A stretch of 64,000 nucleotides of DNA from Nanobdellota archaeon (GTDB lineage Archaea; Nanobdellota; Nanobdellia; Pacearchaeales; GW2011-AR1): contig JBBSYO010000022.1 of assembly GCA_038045185.1 (NCBI GenBank), positions 164-64,163 of the forward strand. Reading direction: 5' to 3'. Position numbers and translations under genes: made by a program. A model generated the notes under the pieces. The model was not told where the DNA came from. It saw only the letters and a program-made list of their open reading frames with translations, and searched no databases. Below, in pieces: positions 48,863 to 58,778 of this stretch (positions are counted from its first letter, which is position 1; each line of letters begins with the position of its first letter).

Positions 48863-50683
48863 ATGGACAAAAACAGTAAAATTGATTCTTTTTTAGGAAA
48901 GGTCGTGGACTTTGTCTTTTCCCGAGATGAGCGAAAATGGCTACTTTTGATACTCATTTTGGGAGTTGTGCTGCGCGTCATTGTAGCCTCAAACATACCT
49001 CCAGTAGCAGATGAAATGGTTCATGGAACGCACGCCATTGGTGTATCAAAGCTTGCCCCGTTGAGCACCATGACACAGGGTCCTGTCTGGTTCTACCTTA
49101 CAGATTACGCATATCGCATCTTTAACGTGCATCTCCTGACGGCTCGATTTTTGTCCGTTGTCTTTGGTTCTCTGTCTATTGTACTCGTGTACTTGATTGC
49201 AGGCATGCTTTTCAATAAACGGGCGGGACTTGTTGCAGCTTTCTTGCTCGCCGTCTCTATTTTTCACATTACATGGGCTGCAAGTTACCAAGACCAGACC
49301 ATGATGTTCTTCGTGCTGCTGGCCTCCTACTTTTTCATCAAAAAATATCAGAAAACAAAACAGATTTCTATCTTGAGTTCTGTTTTATTAGGAATTGCAC
49401 TATTGGTAAAAATAATTACCGGAGTTTTCATTGTCGTGTTCGGAGCATTTATGCTCGGAATATTATATAAGGATTATAAAAAAGATTCAAAAAGATTCAA
49501 AAATAATCTAAAAAGAACGCTTATTTTCGGCCTTATTTTGGTCGTGTCTATGCTGCCGTTATTTTCTTACAATTATTTTCTCTATAAAGAAAAGGGAATC
49601 GTTGACCTGCCCTTCGCACAATTTCTGAAGATTAACGTTGAGTTTTATAGCGGACCGGGTCTGGCACACGGAGAAGGATTTGTAATCAATAAACTACCGA
49701 GGAATTTGTATACCGTAATTACTCATTACTTCATTAAGGAAGATGTAATTTCTTTTGTGCTCGGACTATTTGGAATAGGATATCTCGCAAGCAGATTTAG
49801 AGAAAAACGTTTTGGAGAGTTATTTTTGCTTGCAATGTTCTTCTTTAGCATGCTGTTTATTGCTTCGGCGATAGTTCTACAGACTCATTACACCTCTTTC
49901 TTCCCCCTATTTTCAATCTTTGCAGCAGGATTCTTGACAGATAGTGCAGAAAGACTAAAGAAATTCAAGTATTGTCGCCATATGGCGTATGGCGGAGCGA
50001 TTATCCTTCTTATTTTCATGCTTTACTCGCTCAGAGGACCGCTCACTTCGCAGAGCGCAGTAGAAAAGGCGAGAAGCTTTGCCATCAATTCTATTGATGG
50101 AAATACATTGGTTGTACTTGATTCAAGAATTTATCGGGGGACGAATGCCTGGACGTTCAATGATAAACATTACGTAGAATCCAACTATCTTGCCCAGATT
50201 ATGGACATATCTGATGTCACGTCGGAGCGGGTTCCAGTAAAGATGATGTTTATAGAATGTGTAACTGACGATTGCGGATGGGGCACAGTCAAGGATCAAC
50301 CTGAGTTTAATCGGTCAGTTGAACAAATAGTTGAAGCTTTTAAGAGTGCTTCACAGAAGACAACTGTTATTTCTGGAGGGGGTTCAATAAGCGGCGTGCG
50401 TGGAGCGGAAATTACTGGAGAGCCATTCTTTAGGACATACGAAGTCATCGTCCGGCTCAAGCCTGCGATGCTAAATGCGGTTGATTCGACACATAGCCAT
50501 TTCTTTTACCATATCCCACGCAACGAGAATCCGGAACAGGCCTTTGATTATTATTCTGTCAATGGGGGACCAGACACGCTGTTGAATGTCATATCCTACG
50601 CAGCGCTTTATGTTATTCTAGGTCTTGCTACGCTTTCCATTGGTCTGCCTTTCTATCTTCTTTTTCGGCGCAATACTAAATAG
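48863..50683 (+). CDS. GT-C fold (PMT_2-like) membrane glycosyltransferase
   Basis: ADE after first TM, ARFLSVVFG.LSI; polytopic. Confidence 0.8.
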   Translation: MDKNSKIDSFLGKVVDFVFSRDERKWLLLILILGVVLRVIVASNIPPVADEMVHGTHAIGVSKLAPLSTMTQGPVWFYLTDYAYRIFNVHLLTARFLSVVFGSLSIVLVYLIAGMLFNKRAGLVAAFLLAVSIFHITWAASYQDQTMMFFVLLASYFFIKKYQKTKQISILSSVLLGIALLVKIITGVFIVVFGAFMLGILYKDYKKDSKRFKNNLKRTLIFGLILVVSMLPLFSYNYFLYKEKGIVDLPFAQFLKINVEFYSGPGLAHGEGFVINKLPRNLYTVITHYFIKEDVISFVLGLFGIGYLASRFREKRFGELFLLAMFFFSMLFIASAIVLQTHYTSFFPLFSIFAAGFLTDSAERLKKFKYCRHMAYGGAIILLIFMLYSLRGPLTSQSAVEKARSFAINSIDGNTLVVLDSRIYRGTNAWTFNDKHYVESNYLAQIMDISDVTSERVPVKMMFIECVTDDCGWGTVKDQPEFNRSVEQIVEAFKSASQKTTVISGGGSISGVRGAEITGEPFFRTYEVIVRLKPAMLNAVDSTHSHFFYHIPRNENPEQAFDYYSVNGGPDTLLNVISYAALYVILGLATLSIGLPFYLLFRRNTK

Positions 50684-51285
50684 TCTTAGAAGCCTTAGAA
50701 TCCAAATCACGCAGATAATCTCTAAGCGCTTCCTGCCAAGGCCTTAACGGAAAAGTGGTCGGCGCAAGCACTTCACCCTTCGACCTATAGCAAAGGACGC
50801 TCTTGTTTCCCCACGGTGTGCGCCTTTGCCATCAGTGAACGACAGACTATCGGGTAAAAACTTATGTCGTTCACTATATTTACCACGCCCTGCGCTGATG
50901 CGGTAGGTTCGATATTTGAAGAGCTTCTGAGAAAATCCTTCATTTTAGATACAATTTCAAATGCTGATGCTCCGCCGCTGTTTGCAATATGCACCACCCC
51001 TTTCTTCTCCGAAACAATTGGCTTGGCAAGTGGATGCCAAAGTTAACACTCGTTAAAATCCGCAGACTTTAGTCTGCAGTTGTTTTTGCTGCAGATTTTC
51101 TAAGTGGCTACAAAACCACGAACAAGCCCCGCATCTCAAGAATGCCTAATCTACATTCTTGATGACCATCAAGAAATAAAATTTCTTGAGGCTTTAGTGC
51201 GGGGTTAAAACTAGCAGGTTTTGTGACTTTCCTTCTCAATTAAACCTCCTGCTCCTATGATTACAACTCTTGATAAATCAGCCAA
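50676..51285 (-). pseudogene. disrupted RmlD-like SDR reductase
   Basis: GGAGGTG then TTG start and RVVIIGAGGLI at 51285-51238; GVVHIANSGGASAFEI near 51000; LRPWQEALRDYL in another frame near 50750-50710; central domain missing and hairpins inserted. Confidence 0.8.
51058..51224. repeat. nested hairpin cluster E inside the pseudogene
   Basis: gcagac-ttta-gtctgc 51062-77; aagccccgca[58-nt doublet]ctttagtgcggggtt 51124-206; outer acaaaacc/ggttttgt. Confidence 0.88.
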
Positions 51286-52510
51286 ATGAAACCACCTCCA
51301 ACTTAGGGAAGGGCGTGATTAGCCTAAAACGCTTAAACATGGTCTTTAAACGATTTACGAAACTGTCTTTGTAGTTCCATGATAATAAGATGAATGTCCT
51401 GTCTTTCTCTGATTTGAGTGCGTCAATTGGTCTGACAGGGATATGCACGCCCGGAGTAAGTTTGCCCTGTTTTAAGGAAGTGTCATCGACGATATACTCG
51501 ATATCTTCTTTTGTTATCCCACAATAATTCATTATCACTACGCCTCTCGCTGGGGCTCCAAGACCAATGAGCTTGCCATTCCTGCTTTTTTCTTCTTCTA
51601 TAACTTTTCTTAAATCTGCCCTGTATTTTTCAACCTTTGATCCGACGGAATCATAGATGCTGGAATTGACAAGCCCCATTTCATTCTCTTCCTTGAGCAA
51701 CCGTGCGACTGCATCAGAGGCAGGTCGCGCATGTTCGTCTTTCATGGCGTAGACGCGCAATGAGCCTCCCTGCGTAGGAATTTTTTCGACATTTACAATC
51801 TTTAATCCTGCCATTCTAAATGTTGAAGCTAATGAGTGCAGCGAGAATGTGTACACATGTTCATGATAAATAGTGTCAAATTCTCCGTTCAATATTGTTT
51901 CCAATGCGTATACTCCCTCCATTACGAGCACTCCGGAATCTTTCAATACTATGCGGGTCGCTTTCAACAAGTCTATATTATTTGGGGTGTGAGGTATAAC
52001 GTTTAATGCAATAACAAAGTCAAATTTCCCTCGTGTCTTTGCTATGTGGGAAGCGGTCGAGGTGTTGAAGAATTCTGGGATGTAATCGACTCCCTTTTCT
52101 TCATTCAATTGAATAAGATTACGCGCTGGATCAACTCCAACGATATTAGGGGTATATTTTTTAAGGAACTCAAGCAGAGTCCCGTCATTTGAGCCTATCT
52201 CTAATATTTTAGCGCTTGAATTCAAATTGAATGCGGCTGCCAAATAATCTGCAACTTCCTTGAGATGGTTTATATTAGTTTGTGAGCCTGCTGATAAGTG
52301 CAGATAGTTTCTAAATAGTTCTTCAGGTGGTACAATTTGTTCTAATTGAACTAAAAGGCAATGCGGGCAATAAGCGAGATTTAGGGGATATGCCTTTTCA
52401 TTTTCTATTTCTTCAGGATGAATAAAGGCATTTACTGGAGGGATGTCCCCTAATTCAAGGAAACGATTCAGGCCCTCATAGCCACAGGATTTACATTTTA
52501 AATCATCCAT
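51278..52510 (-). CDS. NDP-sugar C-methyltransferase (second paralog)
   Basis: CKSC...CPHC, EIGSNDG, DTIYHEH, QGGSLR, GAPARG. Confidence 0.9.
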   Translation of the reverse strand: MDDLKCKSCGYEGLNRFLELGDIPPVNAFIHPEEIENEKAYPLNLAYCPHCLLVQLEQIVPPEELFRNYLHLSAGSQTNINHLKEVADYLAAAFNLNSSAKILEIGSNDGTLLEFLKKYTPNIVGVDPARNLIQLNEEKGVDYIPEFFNTSTASHIAKTRGKFDFVIALNVIPHTPNNIDLLKATRIVLKDSGVLVMEGVYALETILNGEFDTIYHEHVYTFSLHSLASTFRMAGLKIVNVEKIPTQGGSLRVYAMKDEHARPASDAVARLLKEENEMGLVNSSIYDSVGSKVEKYRADLRKVIEEEKSRNGKLIGLGAPARGVVIMNYCGITKEDIEYIVDDTSLKQGKLTPGVHIPVRPIDALKSEKDRTFILLSWNYKDSFVNRLKTMFKRFRLITPFPKLEVVSFG

Positions 52511-52530
52511 CTATAACGTGCCAAATACAT

Positions 52531-53295
52531 TCACTTAAATACTTTGTTGTGATATAATCCTGTTCTGGCGAGTATAAACTGTGTTAGCACGCTGAAAGTT
52601 CGTATCGCATACCATACTGCCCCCTTAAGGGCGTGAGATGTATGCTCTCCCTTATAGTCTGCTTCTACTGGGACTTCCCGCACGGGCATTCTGTAGTAAG
52701 CTGCTTGCGCGATGATTTGGAAGCTGAACAAATAATCATTTGTATTTGCATCATAAGGCACATTTTCAAGCAATTTGCGACCGTAGATTCTAAATCCGGT
52801 ATGGAATTCTGTCAAGGAGAGACCCAAGACAATTCTGTCAAAGAAGCTTAGGAATTTGTTGGCAATAAACCGTATGACTGGCATGCCGTTCTCCAAAGCT
52901 TTTCCTGGCACAGAAAATCTTGAGCCTAAAATAAGCTGTGCATTGCCTTCTTTCATGTGGGGCATTGCGTAGGTTATAGATATTGGATTGAACTGCGCCC
53001 CATCGCCATGAATTTCTACAATATAATCTGCGCCCATCTCCAAGGCTTTTTTCAGGCCGGCTTTGAGATTTCCTCCGTAGCCGCGATTAGGGACATGCCG
53101 AAAAGCCTTGACCCCTAACTTCTTTGCTACCTCATAAGTTCCATCTTTTGAGCCGTCATCCATAACAATTAAATCGTCTAAAAGACCTTTGGGAATTCTC
53201 TGAATGGCGCGAGGAAGCATACTTGCAACATTGTAGGCCAGTATGACTCCGATAATCTTCGGTTTTTTTGAGGAGGAGGTTTTTTGAGTTGGCAC
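52531..53295 (-). CDS. GT2 (DPM1-like) glycosyltransferase
   Basis: AYN, DDGSKDGT, NRGYG, GSRF, EFHTGFR. Confidence 0.9.
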   Translation of the reverse strand: MPTQKTSSSKKPKIIGVILAYNVASMLPRAIQRIPKGLLDDLIVMDDGSKDGTYEVAKKLGVKAFRHVPNRGYGGNLKAGLKKALEMGADYIVEIHGDGAQFNPISITYAMPHMKEGNAQLILGSRFSVPGKALENGMPVIRFIANKFLSFFDRIVLGLSLTEFHTGFRIYGRKLLENVPYDANTNDYLFSFQIIAQAAYYRMPVREVPVEADYKGEHTSHALKGAVWYAIRTFSVLTQFILARTGLYHNKVFK

Positions 53296-53353
53296 GGTAA
53301 ATTAGGAAGGGGACATAAAAAACGTTTATAAACTTATATATTGCATAAAGTGT

Positions 53354-53779
53354 ATGTCCAAAGCAAAGGGCTACTCTATTTGGCTTATGCCTGAAGGAAA
53401 GCACTACAGATTATTAAACAATACTATCTACGAATTCAGCAAGAAATACTCGACGCCTTCCTTTCTACCACATGTGACGTTGTTAGGAGATGTAGAAGGA
53501 AACGAGAGTGACATATCAAATAAAACAACTCTTTTAGCGCAGAATTTAAAAGAGTTTTATGTGACTTTGCAATCAGGCAATTACGGAGATACATATTTTA
53601 AGAGTTTATTTCTCACAGCATTAAAAGAGCAGGACATTTTAAAAGCAAACCAGCAAGCAAGAACCCGATTTGGAAGAGAAAAAGATTCGACTTTTATAGC
53701 GAGATTCCTTCCCCCGGAAGAGATTTTTGTTGAAAGTCCATTAATCCCCGTTATAATTCAAAGTCCAACGCGGACTTGA
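53354..53779 (+). CDS. 2H phosphoesterase (CPDase-like), probably C-terminally truncated
   Basis: YSIWLMP, F.PHVTL; second HxS/T motif absent. Confidence 0.65.
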   Translation: MSKAKGYSIWLMPEGKHYRLLNNTIYEFSKKYSTPSFLPHVTLLGDVEGNESDISNKTTLLAQNLKEFYVTLQSGNYGDTYFKSLFLTALKEQDILKANQQARTRFGREKDSTFIARFLPPEEIFVESPLIPVIIQSPTRT

Positions 53780-54823
53780 AGCGATGCTATAATCTATTAG
53801 GGGTCCTTTAATGATGTTCTTCATAACCTCAAGGTTATAATAAATAGCGTCATCCATATTGACTAATTGGCCTGACTTTAAGGCCTGCTCTATTTCCTTG
53901 ACTCCTTCTTCTATTCCAAACTGCGCTTGAAAGTTGCAAATTCTGCTAAATTTCCTGAAACTCACATTATAAGAACGATTGTCTTTGTTGTTTTCTATTT
54001 TTTCAACTTGTACATTTGGAAAATGCTTGTGTATTAATGGCACAAGGTCTTTTATCATGAAATTTAATTTTTCATTTCCGACATTAAATATTTGCTTGTT
54101 TGTTATGATTTTGTCTTCATCCATTACAGTAATAATTGCGCGCGCCGCGTCTTTAACATGTAAAAATGGCCTGTACTGCATTCCATCTCCGAACAGAAGT
54201 ATATTCTTTCCCTGGAGAGCACGTTTTGCCATAACGTTTACTGCTAAGTCAAACCTCATTCTTGGAGAATATCCAAAGAGTGTTGCGAATCTCAGGATAG
54301 TAACTGAAAATTTAGAATCAGCCAGAGGCAATAATTCATTTTCACATTGCAACTTTGAAAGCGCGTATAAAGTTACCGGTCCGACTTCTGACTGCTCGTC
54401 TAAAAATTCCTTGCCGCTCGCCCCATAAACGCTGCAAGAAGATATGAATATCACTTGTTTGACGCCCTCTACCTTGGCTCTTCTTGCAAGAGAAAGTGTT
54501 GCTAAAAAATTAGTTTGAATTGTCAAATTTGGATCAATGTCACCCGAAGGGTCATTTGAGATGCTGGCTAAATGAATGAAGATATCTGCTCCTTTAAATA
54601 AGATTGGAATGTTTTCGTGATGTGATATGTCTATTTCAGTTAATTTCAAGTTAGGATTTGCTGCGCATGAAGCAAGCGAATTTTTCCCAAAATAAAATCT
54701 GTCTATCACGTGAACGTGATGCCCTGCATCTAACAGCATTGGGACTAAAATAGAACCAAGATAACCTGCCCCGCCTGTGACTACTATTTTCTGCTCTGTC
54801 CTGCCATTTAATCTGTTTAACAT
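53741..54823 (-). CDS. NAD-dependent sugar epimerase/dehydratase
   Basis: TGGAGYLG, SSCSVYG, YALSK, SPRMRFDL. Confidence 0.9.
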   Translation of the reverse strand: MLNRLNGRTEQKIVVTGGAGYLGSILVPMLLDAGHHVHVIDRFYFGKNSLASCAANPNLKLTEIDISHHENIPILFKGADIFIHLASISNDPSGDIDPNLTIQTNFLATLSLARRAKVEGVKQVIFISSCSVYGASGKEFLDEQSEVGPVTLYALSKLQCENELLPLADSKFSVTILRFATLFGYSPRMRFDLAVNVMAKRALQGKNILLFGDGMQYRPFLHVKDAARAIITVMDEDKIITNKQIFNVGNEKLNFMIKDLVPLIHKHFPNVQVEKIENNKDNRSYNVSFRKFSRICNFQAQFGIEEGVKEIEQALKSGQLVNMDDAIYYNLEVMKNIIKGPLIDYSIASSPRWTLNYNGD

Positions 54824-54894
54824 AAATGGAAAGACAATGTTGCCTATATAAATTTTTAGGGTTATGTTTATATAATGCGTGATTAAGAAATATT

Positions 54895-56082
54895 ATGGTG
54901 CGACCGCATGTTGTTATCGGAGCAGGAATTATAGGTTCTACAATTGCACGCGAACTGGCATTTAGAGGTATTGAAACGCTTGTTCTTGAAAAAGAAGATG
55001 AGCCCGGAAGGCACGCAAGTGGACGAAATAGCGGAGTAATACATTCAGGCATTAACCACAAACCTAATTCCATTAAAGCTAAATACTGCCTTGAAGGAAG
55101 CAGACGCTTACGCGAGTATTGCGTAAATAAACGAGTTCCGATGAAGCAATGCGGCACTCTGGTAATTGCACGCACGGATATTGAAGAGGAGAGATTGATG
55201 TGCGTGTGGCAGATGGGAAAAGAACTTGGTGTTCCTGAACTCTCAATCCTCGAAAAGAGAGATATTCGAAGGGTTGAGCCTGTATGCACTTTTTCTGCTC
55301 GGCGTGCAATATATTCTCCGACAGGCGCTATTGTTGACAGCAAAGCACTTTTGCAATCAGTAATAAAAGACGCACAATATATGGGTGCTAAATTCTCATT
55401 TGGGGAAAGAGTAAAAAACATGGTTGAAGGAAACGTGATAACCGATAAGCGAAAAATAGAATATGCTTATCTTGTAAATTGTGGAGGTTTAGAAGCAGAC
55501 CGTCTGGCACATGTGCGTGGAATTAGAAGAGATTTGTTTATTGCGCCGTTTAAAGGGTCTTATTGGCAAATTGACGGGCTTCATCTAAAAACTATGATAT
55601 ATGCTCCTCCAAACCCTAAGTTTCCTTTTCTCGGAATTCATCTTACGCCAACAACTGAAGGATTGAGCCTTGCGGGACCTAATGCAGCACTCGCATTCGG
55701 CAGAGAATCGTACGGCTCAGAAGTTAATATAAAGGATTTGGCAGAAATGATTGGGTGCAAAGGATTTTGGAAAATGGCAAGAAAGAGAGACTTTATGCAA
55801 CAAGCAGTTCAGAATTTACGAACAACATTTTTGAAGTCGGCTTTTCTGCAAGAAATAAATGGCTTAACTTCAGAGAAGATAGATAAAAGAGACGTAATCC
55901 CTTACAGAGCAGGGATACGCGCACAGCTTGTGGATTCGTCCGGCTTTTTAGTTAATGATATAGTAGTTCATCATGGGGAACGTGAAACTCATGTGTTGAA
56001 TGCGGTTTCTCCAGGAATGACTTGCAGTTTAGCCTTCGCTGAAAATATTGTTGATTTTATTGGTAAAAAAAATTATTCTTAG
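54895..56082 (+). CDS. lhgO: L-2-hydroxyglutarate oxidase-like FAD oxidoreductase
   Basis: IGAGIIG, HASGRNSGVIHSG, PFLGIHLT, GIRAQ, NAVSPG.T. Confidence 0.85.
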   Translation: MVRPHVVIGAGIIGSTIARELAFRGIETLVLEKEDEPGRHASGRNSGVIHSGINHKPNSIKAKYCLEGSRRLREYCVNKRVPMKQCGTLVIARTDIEEERLMCVWQMGKELGVPELSILEKRDIRRVEPVCTFSARRAIYSPTGAIVDSKALLQSVIKDAQYMGAKFSFGERVKNMVEGNVITDKRKIEYAYLVNCGGLEADRLAHVRGIRRDLFIAPFKGSYWQIDGLHLKTMIYAPPNPKFPFLGIHLTPTTEGLSLAGPNAALAFGRESYGSEVNIKDLAEMIGCKGFWKMARKRDFMQQAVQNLRTTFLKSAFLQEINGLTSEKIDKRDVIPYRAGIRAQLVDSSGFLVNDIVVHHGERETHVLNAVSPGMTCSLAFAENIVDFIGKKNYS

Positions 56083-57590
56083 TTTCCTTCTATCTTCTTA
56101 ATCATCTCTGCAAACGCTGGTCTGCTAATCAAGACGCCTGCTGTAATTCCTATGATAGTTGTTACTGCAAATCCCTTGAAGAGTCCGGCACCTGCCCAGT
56201 ACAATGGCAGAAGCGAAACAAGGGCTGTCGCGTATGCAGAAAACACGACGAAGAGGGCACGTTTCATGCGCGCCTTAAGTGCAAGTTCGCGGTTTCTGCG
56301 GGCTTCGTCCAAGATAATTATCTGTTGGTCTACCCCTGTGCCTATCGTGGCAAGAATACCTGCAATTGAAGGCAAATCAAGATTCCAGCCAATGAGGGCC
56401 GCGACGCCCAGGATTATAACTATCTCTGAGAACGAGGTGAAGAGAACGGCGAACGATTCCTTAATATTTCTATATCTCCCGAATATTATCAGACCGACTG
56501 CGAGCAAGGCAACAGAACCTGCCAGAAAGAGGGTACGCACGAAATCGCCGCCCAACAAGGGAGCGATTGTGTCGAGCTTTACAATCGTCAGTTTATACGG
56601 CAGGCTGCCTGTGATAAGCACGGTCTGTAATCTATGCATAGAGACGCGCGCGTCATTGAGCGCGTCTTCCTGTGTTGCCCCATTTCCTGAACCCTGTATT
56701 GATATCTGCGTGGTAACCTGACCTTTCAAATCGCGGCTGATGAGCAATTCGTCCACTAATTGATCGTCTAACAACAAAGACAAATTGGCCTTGAGATATT
56801 GACCGCCTGAAAGCAAATCAACATCGATTCCGCGCGTGATATTTGCATGGCGACGTGCCGCTTCTTCGCTAAGATAAATAGTGAATGCAAAATTACAGGC
56901 GTATCCTGCTTGCACAGGAGTGCAGCTTCTCACGCCAGAACAACTTGCGTCATTGCGGCAGACTGAAGTTATGTCTTCGCTGCCGCCTGCGAAAACAGTT
57001 TGATTGCCGATTCTGGCTTCAAATTTGCCCTGTTTAGAGATTAGGTCTTGCAAATCAGAAGGTGTTGCTCCTGCTACTTCAATTAACATGAATTTATTGC
57101 CTGAAAGGTCTGTTACGCCTCTTATCTTAACATCTGATAATCCAAATACATTAAGTCGGTTATTGCTAACTGCTATCAGGTCCTGTAGTTGTTCATTGGT
57201 GAGTTTCTGCTCTGGCTCAATGAGCGCGCGTGCTCCGCCCTGAATGTCTAAACCGGTTTTGATTCGTGTTCTGGGAACGGTCTGCACGACAATATCGGGA
57301 GTCTGATTTATGAAGACAACATATTTGCCATCCTTAGTTACGACATCAACGCGCATATCTGTGTTGTTCGTGAATAGTTGGTTCATTACATCTGCGTAGT
57401 CTGCTGCGACTGAAATTGGCTTTCGATTTATTTCCTTGATGATTGCGCCTTGTCTGAGACCTTGTTCAAAGAGAGGAGAATCTTTAGCTATAGATTTTAC
57501 TACGACGCCAGACTCAAAGATTGGGCTTATAGCTAACAATGACAAAAGCAATGCGATGATAAGAGCCCATATGCGCCAGCCCCATTTCAT
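56079..57590 (-). CDS. secD: protein translocase subunit SecD
   Basis: GLDIQGG, TGSLP, LPSIAGI, GTGVD, KGFAVT. Confidence 0.93.
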   Translation of the reverse strand: MKWGWRIWALIIALLLSLLAISPIFESGVVVKSIAKDSPLFEQGLRQGAIIKEINRKPISVAADYADVMNQLFTNNTDMRVDVVTKDGKYVVFINQTPDIVVQTVPRTRIKTGLDIQGGARALIEPEQKLTNEQLQDLIAVSNNRLNVFGLSDVKIRGVTDLSGNKFMLIEVAGATPSDLQDLISKQGKFEARIGNQTVFAGGSEDITSVCRNDASCSGVRSCTPVQAGYACNFAFTIYLSEEAARRHANITRGIDVDLLSGGQYLKANLSLLLDDQLVDELLISRDLKGQVTTQISIQGSGNGATQEDALNDARVSMHRLQTVLITGSLPYKLTIVKLDTIAPLLGGDFVRTLFLAGSVALLAVGLIIFGRYRNIKESFAVLFTSFSEIVIILGVAALIGWNLDLPSIAGILATIGTGVDQQIIILDEARRNRELALKARMKRALFVVFSAYATALVSLLPLYWAGAGLFKGFAVTTIIGITAGVLISRPAFAEMIKKIEGN

Positions 57591-58477
57591 TGTGCTAGAT
57601 GACGTGCCTCCGCATACCACTTGAGCAATGTAGCGTTAGTTACCCATGTATTAAAAATATCAAACCCTAATCCGATTAGCAAGATGGTGAACATCTGACG
57701 AAGAGTCTCTGAGTTGCCGTAAACAAAAAATAAGCTCACGCCGATGGCTACGATTGCTGTCAACGTCATGGTTATTCCTGTCTTGAAAGCTCCCCATATT
57801 CTAGTGTTTATTGGGCCTTCTCCTCGCAATACACGTGTCGTGAGAAGCATGTCTGTGTCTACAGCGTATCCGATAAGCATGAGCAAGGCGACGATGCCTG
57901 CAAGCGAAATCTGCATTCCTATGAAATCGACGAGAGCAAGAGTCATCACGATGTCTGCAAACCCCGCCGCAATGATGCTCAAGCTACGGAAAGGAGTCTT
58001 GAATATAACGAACACCACAAGCCCCATGCCTACGAACGCAATTAGTACCGCAAGACGTAGCTGCTGGTAAAAGCTTGAAGAAAGCGCTGAGCCGGTAAAT
58101 TCGATGGATGAGTTCTCCTGTGTGAGCTTGAATCCGAGAAGCTCTTCTATAGCAGATTTAAGTTCATCTGCTGATGCAGTTGATTCAACGAAGAAGCCTA
58201 TCTGTTCACCTGTGCGGATGTTCGAAATAGAACGTGCCGTGACATCTGGAAAACGCGTTCTAAGCGCGTTCTGAATTTCTTCTGGACTGTTGGCGCCTGA
58301 AACAGTAATCGTGGTGCCTCCAGTGAGAGAGATGTCTTTGTGAATGATGTCGCCGTTCACGCTGTAAAAGAACGCGAGGTATCCGAGCGCAAAAGCCAAC
58401 ACGATGACGGATAAAATCAGCTGATATTTGTATGTGCGGTCATACCATGACTTATGCGAAACAATATTTTCAGCCAT
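57587..58477 (-). CDS. secF: protein translocase subunit SecF
   Basis: ISLTGGT, LMLIGYAVDTD, TGITMT. Confidence 0.93.
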   Translation of the reverse strand: MAENIVSHKSWYDRTYKYQLILSVIVLAFALGYLAFFYSVNGDIIHKDISLTGGTTITVSGANSPEEIQNALRTRFPDVTARSISNIRTGEQIGFFVESTASADELKSAIEELLGFKLTQENSSIEFTGSALSSSFYQQLRLAVLIAFVGMGLVVFVIFKTPFRSLSIIAAGFADIVMTLALVDFIGMQISLAGIVALLMLIGYAVDTDMLLTTRVLRGEGPINTRIWGAFKTGITMTLTAIVAIGVSLFFVYGNSETLRQMFTILLIGLGFDIFNTWVTNATLLKWYAEARHLAQ

Positions 58478-58607
58478 GCACACACCATACAAAAAGCGCT
58501 TTTAAAGTTATTCTTGCGGGCGACATTAATAACTTTAATATCGGAATGCGCGCTGTATGGAAATAGACCAATAAGTTTCCTATAAATTCTTCTAACTGGT
58601 TTTTTCG

Positions 58608-58778
58608 CTACATCTTGCTTTCTTCTTCTGCGATTTCATCTTCAAAACCTCTTATTTCCTTTTCCCAATATTCTATGAGGTAAGATTTTCTGCCTGCATA
58701 AGAACTTATTTTCTGCTTGTGTTTTTCCACCTGCTTCTTCAGGCTTTCTATCTTTTTCAGCCGCTTCTTTTTATCCAT
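58608..58778 (-). CDS. small charged helical protein (56 aa; below ORF-track cutoff)
   Basis: MDKKKRLKKIESLKKQVEKHKQKI...YWEKEIRGFEDEI; overlaps end of upstream MNT gene. Confidence 0.65.
   Translation of the reverse strand: MDKKKRLKKIESLKKQVEKHKQKISSYAGRKSYLIEYWEKEIRGFEDEIAEEESKM

Noticed and set aside
18107..51224. Integron attC cassette array
   Set aside because: No integrase, no consistent RYYYAAC/GTTRRRY boxes, and hairpins are clustered rather than one per gene.
56079..58477. secF-before-secD order as a rearrangement
   Set aside because: This order is known in archaea (e.g. Haloferax secFD).
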